A stretch of 63,672 nt of DNA, the filler included. It is 8 parts of 8 records of this genome, joined end to end, with 100 filler letters (N's around TTAATTAATTAA, not from the genome) between each part and the next. Parts side by side here need not be neighbours in the genome. Positions count along the whole stretch, not along the records: positions 1 to 6,762 come from SRR31156797_23187; positions 6,863 to 13,114 come from SRR31156797_23199; 6 more parts are not named here. One strand, given 5' to 3'. Below are positions 1 to 9,283 of this stretch, in pieces. A program made the translations under genes and the position numbers. A model generated the notes under the pieces. That model was not told where the DNA came from. It did no database searches and saw only the letters and a program-made list of their open reading frames with translations. The stretch's first letter is position 1. Each line of letters opens with the position of its first letter.

Positions 1-92
1 CCAAAGTTGCAATTTGCAGGATTTCTACAGAGCCAGTAAAAAAGAAAAAGTATTTCCGACTTTAATGCCGGAAACAAAGATTTATTTTTGTT

Positions 93-2108
93 TTAGAAGA
101 TACCTGCGCCAATGAACAGTGATGAGAACAGGATCGCGATCATGTTCACTACTTTGATCAGGGCGTTAAGTGCAGGTCCGGATGTGTCCTTGAATGGGTC
201 ACCAACGGTGTCACCGACAACAGCTGCCTTGTGAGCTTCTGAGCCTTTTCCACCGTGTTCTCCGTCTTCGATGAGTTTCTTTGCGTTATCCCATGCACCG
301 CCACCATTATCCATTGTAAGTGCAAGCAAGAGACCACAGATGATGATACCGATAAGGAGACCACCAAGAGCTGCCGGACCGAGTACAAGACCTACGATAA
401 GTGGTGTGAATATCGCAAGGACACCAGGTATTGCCATTTCCTTAATTGCGGCTGCTGTGACGATATCGACACACTTACCGTATTCTGGCTTTGCAGTTCC
501 TTCCATAATTCCAGGAATTTCACGGAACTGACGGCGAACCTCATTGACAATCTTAAACGCTGCCTTTCCTACAGCCTGCATCGTTACAGCAGTGAAGACG
601 AATGGAAGCAGTCCACCAATGAAAAGACCTACAAGAACCAATGGATTGCTGAGACTGAGTGCATCACCTGTAAGATTTACCTTACCTGTGTAGTCTGCGA
701 AGAGTGCCAATGCACCGAGTGCTGCAGAGCCGATTGCGTATCCCTTTGTGACTGCCTTTGTAGTATTACCTACTGCATCAAGTGCATCAGTGATCTTACG
801 AACACTGGATGGCATACCAGCCATTTCTGCGATACCACCAGCATTGTCTGTAATAGGACCATATGAGTCAAGAGCCACGATCATACCGGTTGTTGAGAGC
901 ATTGCTGCTGCAGCAACTGCTATACCGTAAAGGCCAATTGCCGGACTTGCTGCTCCACCTACAACGAAGAATGAACCTAGAATACCTGCAATGATAATGA
1001 TAACAGGAAGTGCTGTACTTTCAAAACCAATTGCAAGACCTGAGATGACGTTTGTACCTGCACCTGTTTCAGATGCTGCTGCAATTGTCTTTACAGGACG
1101 GAATGATGTTGAAGTGTAATATTCTGTGAAAACCACCATGAGAACCATGATAACTATACCAACTATGGCTGCATAGTAGAATGTTAGGTCTCCCATGAGG
1201 GAAGTTGTAACGAAGTAGAAAGCGACAAGACAGAGAATTGCAGAAGCTGCTACTCCTTTATAAAGTGCTTTCATGATCTTTCCATCGCTGCCGACCTTCA
1301 CGAAGAAGACGGAAATGATAGAAGCAAATATTGCCACTGAACCAAGAATGAGTGGGTAAAGAATTGCGTTTGCGTATATATCAAGGATAAGTGATCCAAG
1401 AAGCATTGAAGCGAGAACTGTTACTACGTATGTCTCGAAAAGGTCAGCACCCATACCGGCACAGTCACCTACGTTGTCACCTACGTTGTCAGCAATGACA
1501 CCAGCATTACGTGGGTCATCCTCAGGAATTCCTGCTTCGACCTTACCTACAAGATCTGCTCCCACATCGGCTGCCTTGGTGAATATTCCACCGCCAACCC
1601 TTGCGAAAAGACTGATAAGACTTGCACCGAAACCGAATCCCACTACAAGGTCTACATCACCGTAAAGTATGTAGAAACCACTTGTACCGAGAAGTGCAAG
1701 ACCTACCACAGCAAAACCTGTGACAGCTCCGCCGCGGAATGCAACGGACATTGCCTTCTGTAATCCTTTTGATGCTGCACTTGCAGTTCTGACGTTAGCC
1801 CTTACAGACACGTTCATACCAACGTAGCCTGCGGCTGCTGAACTTATTGCACCGACCAAAAAACCGATAGCGATCTTATCTCCATCCTCAAGGAGAGCAA
1901 AGATAAGTACTGCGAGAATCACAGCTACTACTGCTATTGTTTTATACTGACGGTTTAAGTATGCCATCGCACCTTCCTGGATAGCACCTGCTATTTCCTG
2001 CATTTTCTCTGAACCTGCGTCCTCTTTGAGAACGCTGCGTGCAAAGATGCCAGCAAATAACAAACTAATAAGACCAGCAAGAGGGGCAAGATAAATTAAA
2101 GATTCCAT
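93..2108 (-). CDS. hppA: Membrane-bound proton-translocating pyrophosphatase, probably K+-independent type
   Basis: Motifs [44 protein letters not shown]; many TM helices; GNTTKA has Lys at the K+-dependence position. Confidence 0.97.
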   Translation of the reverse strand: MESLIYLAPLAGLISLLFAGIFARSVLKEDAGSEKMQEIAGAIQEGAMAYLNRQYKTIAVVAVILAVLIFALLEDGDKIAIGFLVGAISSAAAGYVGMNVSVRANVRTASAASKGLQKAMSVAFRGGAVTGFAVVGLALLGTSGFYILYGDVDLVVGFGFGASLISLFARVGGGIFTKAADVGADLVGKVEAGIPEDDPRNAGVIADNVGDNVGDCAGMGADLFETYVVTVLASMLLGSLILDIYANAILYPLILGSVAIFASIISVFFVKVGSDGKIMKALYKGVAASAILCLVAFYFVTTSLMGDLTFYYAAIVGIVIMVLMVVFTEYYTSTSFRPVKTIAAASETGAGTNVISGLAIGFESTALPVIIIIAGILGSFFVVGGAASPAIGLYGIAVAAAAMLSTTGMIVALDSYGPITDNAGGIAEMAGMPSSVRKITDALDAVGNTTKAVTKGYAIGSAALGALALFADYTGKVNLTGDALSLSNPLVLVGLFIGGLLPFVFTAVTMQAVGKAAFKIVNEVRRQFREIPGIMEGTAKPEYGKCVDIVTAAAIKEMAIPGVLAIFTPLIVGLVLGPAALGGLLIGIIICGLLLALTMDNGGGAWDNAKKLIEDGEHGGKGSEAHKAAVVGDTVGDPFKDTSGPALNALIKVVNMIAILFSSLFIGAGIF

Positions 2109-2311
2109 ATTAAAACTCCTCTCTGTAATTTACTTTGAATGTTAGTTTTCAATTAACGTTACTTCCATAGTTATTGATAAAGTAGCAGGTCATCAAATAT
2201 GACTTACTACATAATTGTAACCGCTTCGGGTATAATACTAATATATACTATATAAAAGTAGGCTGAAATAGAACACACACAATATGAATGTTTCGATATA
2301 AGGGGCAATAA

Positions 2312-2785
2312 TTATATCCCACCACCTATCTGCATAAGCTCAAAGTCGATCTCATCAGGAACATCAACCCTGAAAACAAAGACATTGTACCTTGATCTGC
2401 GTGCAGTAGAGATCGCGTTCTTTTGTTCAGGTATCAAATATCCGTCTGCACTTGCAATGCAAAGGGATTTTTTCGTATCTTTCACAAGAAAATCGAAGTA
2501 CTGACCGTATGAATTAAGGAAATCCACAAACTCACTCAACTCACTCCATGTCTCACACATGTGGACATTTTTAGTTGCAGAGTTACTAACGTACCAGTCC
2601 CTGCTCATGTAAGGATATGCATTATACTGATCCTTGAGATCCTCATATGCCTTGTGTATCTTTGATACCTCGGCATTCAGGTCGACCCATTTCCATCCCT
2701 GTTTTGAAAAATAACGGGATGCAACTATTGATACTATCCTGTCCTTATCTCTTTGTTCAAGATTCATTATAACACCTGAGTTCAT
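2312..2785 (-). CDS. Hypothetical protein, weak resemblance to VRR-NUC/PD-(D/E)XK fold
   Basis: 157-aa ORF; FDFLV...GYLIPEQK...YNVFVFRV pattern but no E-x-K. Confidence 0.7.
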   Translation of the reverse strand: MNSGVIMNLEQRDKDRIVSIVASRYFSKQGWKWVDLNAEVSKIHKAYEDLKDQYNAYPYMSRDWYVSNSATKNVHMCETWSELSEFVDFLNSYGQYFDFLVKDTKKSLCIASADGYLIPEQKNAISTARRSRYNVFVFRVDVPDEIDFELMQIGGGI

Positions 2786-3098
2786 AGTGGGTAACGCAAT
2801 TTAATTATATAGCTGTAATCATTGGAATGCCGAATTAAACATCCAATCAAAACTAAATGAGGTATCTGATACCGAGCATCAATAAAAGCACAATCTATAC
2901 AGGATCTTAAAGCTAAGATTCAATTCAAATTGGAAACATAAAAATCGTGAGGCGCATCAGAACAGGAAAAAAGGTATGCACAACTTATTTTCCATAGAAC
3001 CGGCTATTTACGCATCATGCGCCTCAACTTATCTGAGTTTAAAAGGCTATATATTCCTTCTTAAATTGTACGGCAAAAGCCAGATTGAGTGATTTATT

Positions 3099-3554
3099 TT
3101 AAGGCGCATCAAAAAAAGGTATATTTTGTCTTGAAGAAACATTGATGTAGCTGATTGGCTGAAGTTCCATGATCTGCTCTTTTGAAAGGTTTTCCGTATG
3201 TATCTCAATACTACCATTGACAGTAATTGATGAGAGTGCTGAAACATTACGACCAATATTGCGGGAAACTGATTCCTGTGAAGAAAGTATGTATTCACTT
3301 TGAACAAGTACAGGACTTATCTCCGATACATAGAAGGATTTCTGATCACTATTATAGAGGGTAAATTCATAATTATAGATAGAAATTGACTCGTTTAACT
3401 CTGAAGAACCTATTGATGAACTACCATCAACAAGTAACAATCCTTCTACTGGAGTGGGGCCACATGAAAGTGTATTACTACTTGAGCCAATCAATATTCC
3501 GACCATGAGAATCAATAAGCCATATAGAATTCTTTCCACAAAATACCTCTTCAC
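3099..3554 (-). CDS. Secreted or membrane-anchored hypothetical protein
   Basis: GTG at 3554 gives MKRYFVERILYGLLILMVGILIG (basic N-terminus then hydrophobic helix); Ser-rich, beta-like remainder. Confidence 0.65.
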   Translation of the reverse strand: MKRYFVERILYGLLILMVGILIGSSSNTLSCGPTPVEGLLLVDGSSSIGSSELNESISIYNYEFTLYNSDQKSFYVSEISPVLVQSEYILSSQESVSRNIGRNVSALSSITVNGSIEIHTENLSKEQIMELQPISYINVSSRQNIPFFDAP

Positions 3555-3985
3555 ATATGCAATATTCAACTCATAAGGCTTATAGTTGTCTCTGCAACCT
3601 GAAACAAAAACAAGCAATACGGAAGTATCGTGTTCTCAAAATATAAAAGTGGTTGGTATGGTACAATAATGAGATGGTGGTGGTTCTACAATACTCCCTT
3701 TTGCTAATTTTATATTATAAATCATACTATTTAAATTATACCAACCTATTTATAAAAAATATACTGCTACATATATTAATAAGAGTAAAAATAAAATCAC
3801 ATAATGATTATGATAATGTGAGTTGATTGAAGGGATTCAATTAAATACAATGATAAACAAAACATAAATTGAATTTAATTAAAATTAAAATATATTAAGT
3901 TCAACAAATCAGGTTTCCTTAAAATATAAAGTTGAGTACAAAAACAGACCAATTTTATGGTTGTAAAAAACAAGGAAGTGAAAAA

Positions 3986-4213
3986 ATGGAATGCTCAAAA
4001 TGCAACTATAGAAAACATATTCCTTTATATTCCAAATGTGCAGGAGTTATGGGAAGAACAAGAGTCGGAACTGCTTATTACTGTGGACACCCGGAAATGC
4101 TTAATCCTGTACCGGTAATTCCCTCTGATGGAACTTCTCTCTGTGACTGTCCTGTTATGTGCACAGCCTTGAATGTATCAGAAAATATGCAGGATACGGA
4201 AGTAACCGGATAA
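3986..4213 (+). CDS. Small Cys-rich hypothetical protein, possibly metal-binding
   Basis: ATG 3986 after AGGAAGTG; CSKC...C...YYCGHP...CDCPVMC. Confidence 0.6.
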   Translation: MECSKCNYRKHIPLYSKCAGVMGRTRVGTAYYCGHPEMLNPVPVIPSDGTSLCDCPVMCTALNVSENMQDTEVTG

Positions 4214-4307
4214 GCTCAATTTTCTCTTTGTTGGCCTTTTACTTTTTGAGCTTAAGCACTGACAAAAATAAGGAACATGCAGAAATATGCATGCTCCGAT
4301 ACAAGCC

Positions 4308-4871
4308 TTATTCAAATAACTTAAGACCAGCGTTCTTTGCATCATCCATTAGTGCAGCGTTTTCTTTCACTTCACCTGGAGCATGGTGGCCTATATCGAC
4401 AAATGTGTCATTGACATCCATACCGAACATCTGAAGAACCTGAGTGAATTCTTCAAAAACTCCTTTGAAGGCATCAGGTTCCGGACTTCCCTGCGCACCT
4501 ACAATGACTGCTTTTTTACCAGTATCGATACGTGGTGTGAAATCCGGATTTACAAGAGCGTACCAGCGGTCGATGAACTGACGCATCTGACCTGTAAACT
4601 GGAAGAAGTAGATAGGTGAACCAAATACGAAGCCATCCGCATTCCTGAGTGCATCATATGCTTTTTCCATGTCATCTTTCAATTTGCAACCTTCCACTGT
4701 CCTGCAGTAAGCACAGCCCTGGCAACCTTTGATATCCATTTCATTGAGATAGAACTTCTCAACATCTGCACCTGCTTCTGCTGCACCGTCAAGGACCTGC
4801 TGAACAAGAACATCTGTATTTCCGTTCTTTCTTGGACTTCCTACAAAACCTACTACTTTCATTTCGATCAT
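4308..4871 (-). CDS. Iron-sulfur flavoprotein (Isf / NADPH-dependent FMN reductase family)
   Basis: GSPRKNGNT FMN loop, CQGCAYCRTVEGC (Cx2Cx2Cx5C), GSPIYF. Confidence 0.92.
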   Translation of the reverse strand: MIEMKVVGFVGSPRKNGNTDVLVQQVLDGAAEAGADVEKFYLNEMDIKGCQGCAYCRTVEGCKLKDDMEKAYDALRNADGFVFGSPIYFFQFTGQMRQFIDRWYALVNPDFTPRIDTGKKAVIVGAQGSPEPDAFKGVFEEFTQVLQMFGMDVNDTFVDIGHHAPGEVKENAALMDDAKNAGLKLFE

Positions 4872-5017
4872 TCCTTTATAATTTCCTTCGTAACTGCCTT
4901 AGATTTATGATGATTACTTTTTTAAGAAGTATTCGAATGCTATATATGTAGCAACAATATAAATATACTGTACACTACATAACAATAGTAACTAACATAA
5001 AGTATAGTGATAACATT

Positions 5018-5374
5018 ATGGCAACTGACAAAGAATCCCACAGGAATAAAGATCAAGAATACAATTGCCCTGTAGAAGCTACCCTTGACATCATTGGAGG
5101 AAAATGGAAACCACTTATCCTGTGGCAACTAAAAGAAAATACATTACGCTATAATTCACTTCAGCAAACGCTGCCCGGGATTTCTCCCCGGATGCTGACA
5201 AAACAACTTCGGGAACTTGAAGAAGATGGACTTGTAAGACGTAAGATGTATCCGGAAATACCACCCAGGGTAGAGTATTCACTCACCGATCTTGGAAGAA
5301 CTATCATTCCCGTACTTGAAGCCCTGTGCCAGTGGGGAATAGAGCACATGGGTCATAGATGCAGACTCGAATGA
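5018..5374 (+). CDS. HxlR-family winged-helix regulator
   Basis: CPVEATLDIIGGKWK, LRELEEDGLV, PPRVEYSLT; divergent from the flavoprotein gene. Confidence 0.95.
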   Translation: MATDKESHRNKDQEYNCPVEATLDIIGGKWKPLILWQLKENTLRYNSLQQTLPGISPRMLTKQLRELEEDGLVRRKMYPEIPPRVEYSLTDLGRTIIPVLEALCQWGIEHMGHRCRLE

Positions 5375-5478
5375 TCATAGACATGTTATATGCACGTATA
5401 CAACTAGTGATATTATATATACACCACAAATTATTAAAACCATTGAATATAATAAGAGTATGGTATAGTGAAAGTTAG

Positions 5479-5548
5479 TTCTGGGGTGTGGCACATTTTG
5501 AATCCTCCTATCTGTCCTCACCCGTTATAAGCGGCACACACCTCAGAA
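5479..5548 (+). ncRNA. Candidate archaeal small RNA: stem-loop with CU-rich anti-SD loop
   Basis: TTCTGGGGTGTG (5479-5490) pairs with CACACCTCAGAA (5537-5548), one G-U; loop has TCCTCCT and TCCTCACC; TATA-like TTATTAAA at 5431. Confidence 0.5.
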
Positions 5549-5623
5549 TAATACATTCAAAGCTAAAAAATGCTGCAAAACATTATATTGATGAGAGACT
5601 TCTGTTCACCGGTGAATAAAAAC

Positions 5624-6382
5624 ATGAAAGAAAAACTGCTTCCCATATGTATCATACTCATGCTCTTATTCACCTTTGTGGCAGGATGTGCAGATAAGCA
5701 TGAAATTGAACCTACAACAGTTTCAACGGATACAGTTGATGAAGTCAAATTTGCACAAGTCATGGAAGAGGCAAATACAGCGTATATAGAAGCACTGGTT
5801 TCTACCAGCCAGAAAGATATTTCAGCCTCACAGAAGGCCCTTAGTACACTTGTCGATAAACTAAATTTCATATTAGATAACTATGGTGAAACACCACCGG
5901 AAATGTATGCAAGCGACAGGAATTGGGATACAGAAATCAAAAGAGCAGTACTTATAGCTGAGTATTCAAAAGAAGTGCTTGATGAAGGAGATATCGAAGC
6001 GGCGCACAAGTCACTTGAAGCCATGAGAGATCTTTTTTTCAGCCTTCATGAAAGGAATAATGTACTCCGTATGGGAGACCACCTTACCATGTTTCACATG
6101 ACAATGGAAGAGGCTATAACAGCTGCAAATGAAAATAATACAGAGATGCTTGTTTCGTATATCCCAAAACTGGAAAAACAATGGCAGGATGTAAAGGACG
6201 CAGAAAAGCCAGATAGTGCAGATGCCAATTACAACCAGTCGCTTGCAGCAGTTGATACAGCTATTGAAATGCTGGACAGATCTACGGCAATAGAGAATAT
6301 GACGCAGGTGCAGCAAAATGCCGGAAGCCTCAAAATTGCATTTGCAAAAGTATTTACAAAATATGGTGTTGTCATATCATAA
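5624..6382 (+). CDS. Lipoprotein of unknown function, helical
   Basis: GGTGA RBS then ATG 5624; signal peptide ending in VAG-C lipobox. Confidence 0.8.
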   Translation: MKEKLLPICIILMLLFTFVAGCADKHEIEPTTVSTDTVDEVKFAQVMEEANTAYIEALVSTSQKDISASQKALSTLVDKLNFILDNYGETPPEMYASDRNWDTEIKRAVLIAEYSKEVLDEGDIEAAHKSLEAMRDLFFSLHERNNVLRMGDHLTMFHMTMEEAITAANENNTEMLVSYIPKLEKQWQDVKDAEKPDSADANYNQSLAAVDTAIEMLDRSTAIENMTQVQQNAGSLKIAFAKVFTKYGVVIS

Positions 6383-6474
6383 AGAATAGAACGCAAATCC
6401 AATACATCCATGTATTGGATTAATCTCAAAAAAATACAGGCACCCTAAAGAATAATTGAAGGGTGTATTTCCCT

Positions 6475-6675
6475 TCAATTAGCTATCATTGAACCGGTTG
6501 GCATCATGTCATCAGAAGGTGCAACACCATGTTCGTTTCTATATGCTTTTCTTTTGCATTTATCCATACTGGCTCCTTTGCAATACATTGCAATGAAACC
6601 TTTACAAGCGGCCTGTTTGCTTGATTGGTACTTAGCAAAGAAGCCACATTTTGAAAGTAATTCACATTCTACCAT
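6475..6675 (-). CDS. Small Cys-rich hypothetical protein
   Basis: 66 aa, five Cys; GAGGTG RBS upstream. Confidence 0.75.
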   Translation of the reverse strand: MVECELLSKCGFFAKYQSSKQAACKGFIAMYCKGASMDKCKRKAYRNEHGVAPSDDMMPTGSMIAN

Positions 6676-6762
6676 CTTTTAACACCTCTGAATAATATTT
6701 ATATACATATATATAGTATTTTTTAATATTTAAAAATATGGAGTAACAATGTTAACTGCTAT

Positions 6763-6862
6763 NNNNNNNNNNNNNNNNNNNNNNNNNNNNNNNNNNNNNN
6801 NNNNNNTTAATTAATTAANNNNNNNNNNNNNNNNNNNNNNNNNNNNNNNNNNNNNNNNNNNN
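6763..6862. other. Artificial contig spacer
   Basis: N44-TTAATTAATTAA-N44; stops in all six frames; composition changes across it. Confidence 0.99.
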
Positions 6863-7957
6863 ATCATCTTTATGTATATAGCAATATCCTAATTTACTAT
6901 AGTTGATTGATTTCATATCATCATTTAATTCTTTAAAAGAAGTAAATCTTATAACTTTTAAATAATGGTTTATTGAATTACCTATATCGTTTTTCAAAAG
7001 ATAGTAGTTAACTATTAAACGATTACTTTCAAGGTTTTCAGGTTCAATTTCTATAGCTTCTTGAAGATATTTAAATGCTTTTGTTAAATCTTTCTTTTCT
7101 TCATTGCTCATATATAGTTCTGCTAAACTATTATATGAGTCAATATAATCACTTTTTAATTCTATTGATTTTAAATAAGCTTTCTCACTTTCATCAAATT
7201 TTTTTTGTTTAGAATATACTACACCTAAGTTTCTATGTGCTGCAAAACTTTCAGGATTAATCTCTATAGCTTTTTCTAATTTAGTTGATATATCATCAAA
7301 TGATATATCAAGATTTGTATTTTTATCTTTATACTCGAGATAAAGTGCAGCCATATTATTATAAATTTTATCATTTCTTTTATCATAACTTAATGCTTTT
7401 TTATACTGCTCTTCAGAAAATTTAAAATCATATTTATGTGTATTTATACTTTGAATAATAGTTGCAATTCTCATATTTAAAAGTGACATAATATTATTTG
7501 ATTTTGAAATATATAGTCCATAATAACTATTTTTTAATGCCTCTTCATACCTTTTTTCTCTCCAAAGCTTGGTTGCAATAATTAGATAATCTACATCGGA
7601 CTTTTCTCTTTTTCCTCTGTTAATTGCCTCTTCATAAATTGAACTATTTTCAATATCTTTTACATTAAAGTTTTTTTCATCAAGCTTCTTGGCAAAAGTG
7701 ATTTCATTATCATTCGCTTCGTGCCTTTTTTCTAAAGATAGTTCAACATCTTTAGTTTTAAAAAGTATCTTATTTAAATTATTTGGGTTTAATGAAGCTA
7801 TAATAATAATTATTACACTTGCATAAATTAAAGCATCACTATTTACACTAGATGCATCTAGGCATAATATTTTATAAATTGTAACTATTATTAAAATAAC
7901 AGCAATTGAAATCATTATCTTTTGAATTTTATTCATTTTAAATTTTTTTTTATCCAT
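6863..7957 (-). CDS. Membrane-anchored TPR protein, 3' end truncated by contig edge
   Basis: Two N-terminal TM helices; TPR motifs KAIEINPESFAAHRNLGVVY and KSIELKSDYIDSYNSLAELY; AAGGA RBS. Confidence 0.85.
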
Positions 7958-8014
7958 ATTTAAATATTTCCTTTTATAGAATATTATATTTTATATAAGT
8001 ACATTATACACATA

Positions 8015-9184
8015 CTAGCTACTAAAAACCATTTTCCATTTATTTAATGGCTTAATTTCCACCTCATCAATTTGCGTATCAAACATACCATAATCAATAA
8101 ATTCATTTCTATGAAAATTATCTTCACTCCCCTCTTCTCTTAAATTAAATGTAAAAACACCTTTTACTATAATTGCTCTTTTTTCTTTTAAAAGTGAATC
8201 TCCATTATGCCTGTCCATTTTTATATAATCAACATTTCTTTTATTAGAAATTTTCATATACTCATCAAAGCTCACCATATAAATAAGATTAGATTCAACC
8301 TCAAAACTAAAACCTATTAAAATTTGATTTTCATTAGTAATGTCTTCTTTTAAGATTTTAATGTTCTTAAGTGTATCAAAATCATATATTTCAGTATGAC
8401 AGCTATAGATATTTTCTGCTAAATAACTTAAATTTACAAATTCAACTTCATTCATTTCAAGATAAAAGTAATTCATTTTTTTAGTTAAAATTTCTTCTTT
8501 CAAGAAATCCATAAACTTATCAGAAGAAATATAATTAGATAGAACTTCAAACTTATCATGTTTCTTATCAAGTTCCTCTTCTATTTTAGATATCTCTTCT
8601 ATGCATAAGAATTCTTCAATAGAGCTATATACAAATATTCCATCTTTTTTTTCTAAATACTTTTTAAACTCATTATCATTATTTAATATATGTACTGTAC
8701 TAATTTCTTTATGTAAATCTTCAATAGTAGTACATATCATTGCATCTGGTATATCTGTTCTACTCTTAATTGATTTAAATACTGTTCCACCTGTAAAATA
8801 ATGATTCATAACCTCTGTCATTTTACTATTATCAAAAGGTAATACTTCTACTTTAAAAAGTTCAACCCAATAGTTAAACTCTTTTTCAATTGTATTTTCA
8901 ATATTTGATGATATCTCTTTTAGAGTTGATTCTATATCTTGAAGCTTTTTCTTTATGTTATCTTGATTTGACATGAAGTACCTATCTACATCAATGATAT
9001 CTTTTGTTCTTAGCTTTGATCTATAAGTTTCATACTTTTGTGTTAAAAACTCATTTTTCACTATTTCAGGAACATATAACTTAACTATATCTTCATCAAT
9101 AAGTCTTTTTAATCTTTTCATTCTTGGTGAGCTAAAGTTTTCACTCCTTAAAATATTAGTATCAAATACTACATGATGCTTCAT
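8015..9184 (-). CDS. PIN-like domain protein (DUF4935-like) with C-terminal extension
   Basis: VVFDTNIL, VPEIVKNEF, DIPDAMI, NNDNEF supply the four acidic PIN residues. Confidence 0.85.
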   Translation of the reverse strand: MKHHVVFDTNILRSENFSSPRMKRLKRLIDEDIVKLYVPEIVKNEFLTQKYETYRSKLRTKDIIDVDRYFMSNQDNIKKKLQDIESTLKEISSNIENTIEKEFNYWVELFKVEVLPFDNSKMTEVMNHYFTGGTVFKSIKSRTDIPDAMICTTIEDLHKEISTVHILNNDNEFKKYLEKKDGIFVYSSIEEFLCIEEISKIEEELDKKHDKFEVLSNYISSDKFMDFLKEEILTKKMNYFYLEMNEVEFVNLSYLAENIYSCHTEIYDFDTLKNIKILKEDITNENQILIGFSFEVESNLIYMVSFDEYMKISNKRNVDYIKMDRHNGDSLLKEKRAIIVKGVFTFNLREEGSEDNFHRNEFIDYGMFDTQIDEVEIKPLNKWKMVFSS

Positions 9185-9283
9185 TCTTGTTCCTTCGCCT
9201 TTTATAAAATCTATTTTATCTTTATTTATATGAATTTTTTAAACTTTTGGATAAAATACATTAATTAACATAGAGGAAGGTTT

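Noticed and set aside
93-6675. Pyrrolysine (TAG) read-through in the methanogen contig
   Set aside because: The supported genes end in TAA or TGA and none appears split at an in-frame TAG
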